This document shows positions 63,078 through 64,000 of a DNA stretch of 64,000 bases, one piece after another. Source of the stretch: Octopus bimaculoides (Eukaryota). The notes beneath the pieces are model-generated. The model was not told the origin of the DNA. It searched no databases and saw only the letters and a list, made by a program, of their open reading frames with translations. Position 1 is the first letter of the stretch, and every line of letters begins with the position of its first letter. Where the stretch lies: NCBI RefSeq assembly GCF_001194135.2, contig NC_068984.1, positions 116,004,195-116,068,194 of the forward strand, in the 5' to 3' direction. The position numbers and the translations under genes are program-made.

Positions 63078-63467
63078 CTGTGTGGTAAGAAGCTTGCTTC
63101 GCAACCACATGATTCCGGGTTCAGTCCCACTGCGTGGCACCTTGGCCAAGTGTCTTCTACTATAGCTTCGGGCCGACCAAAGCATTGACAGTCGATTCGG
63201 CAGACGGAAACTGAAAGAAGCCTGTTGTATGTATATGTTTGTATATATGGATTTATGTATGTGTGACTGTGTTTGTCCCTCCCCATTATCATCGGTTGAC
63301 AACCGATACTGGTGAGTTGATTTCCCCGAAACATAGCGGCTCGGCAAAAGATGCCGTTAAAATAAGTACTAGGCTTACAAAGAATATGTCCTGGGTTCGA
63401 TTTCTTCGACTAAAACCTCTTAAGGCAGTGCTCCAGCATGACAGCAGTCAAATGACTGAAACAAAAG
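63076..63467 (+). mobile_element. Family-A SINE
   Basis: GGCTGTGTGGTAAGAAGCTTGC..GGCAGTGCTCCAGCATGACAGCAGTCAAATGACTGAAACAAAAG. Confidence 0.9.
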
Positions 63468-63580
63468 ATTGCAGCAGTCCTTCAGTTTCTCGAAGTCCTG
63501 TAAAAAGAACTCGGAAGTTTGGGCTTCCAACCAGTCCTTTCGCAACGCTATAAATCCAGGAACATCTTAACACCCCATCG
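63468..63580 (-). mobile_element. Half copy of the 47578-47795 mariner MITE
   Basis: TTGCAGCAGTCCTTCAG..CCTGTAAAAAGAACTCGGAA..CCAGGAACATCTTAACACCCCATCG|TA aligns to 47680-47795. Confidence 0.8.
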
Positions 63581-64000
63581 TATATTATATAGAACATTTG
63601 ATGCATTGCACATAAAATCTCATTACGTACTTGGTTGTTTATCGAAGTCTTAAATGCTAAAGCACCATGTTACACTACTTATTTCGCTTGTAAATTTATA
63701 TTTTGAAGTAAAATATATTTTGTCTCATGTAAATCCGTTTCTTTCTATCTGCAATAAAATTCGCATCAACCGTCCATCCCATCGACCAAATAGTGATTCA
63801 AATAATCAAATTCACTAAAACCACCTCATCACAACAAAAAGAAATGCATTAAAATATATATTAAAATTATATATTGGGTTAGTACATTGTAGTGTATACT
63901 TAAGTATTAACTTGTATTTACTTATTTCCTTACATTCCTCCATTGAAACCGGCATATATCACCCACATACATATGTATGTATGTATGTATATATATATAT

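Overview
Eukaryotic, AT-rich, microsatellite-saturated draft-assembly sequence with about 6.6 kb of N in 19 gaps (my count). Most gaps sit inside or beside simple repeats. The SINE families and repeat landscape look like an octopod cephalopod (Octopus-like); this is recognition from memory, not a database hit. No complete protein-coding gene can be proven, and nearly all long ORFs in the supplied track are microsatellite or N-run artefacts. Well-supported content: (i) about 20 copies of four tRNA-headed SINE families, labelled A-D here; (ii) several restriction-like-endonuclease (R4/Dong-type) LINE fragments, two of them 5'-truncated inside microsatellites, plus two CR1-type LINE fragments; (iii) two decayed full-length Tc1 elements, one DD34E and one with DD36E spacing; (iv) mariner and hAT MITEs and a hAT transposase relic; (v) local tandem duplications and fold-back structures. 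The most interesting observations are the DD36E Tc1 at 37714-38961, a ~430-bp palindrome centred on (TA)15 at 58671-59102, two LINE-like 3' ends stacked in one (TAA)n tract at 36145-36616, a possible empty/filled LINE allele pair at 549-1866, and a speculative two-exon secreted Cys-peptide gene (19872-19957 + 27204-27393).
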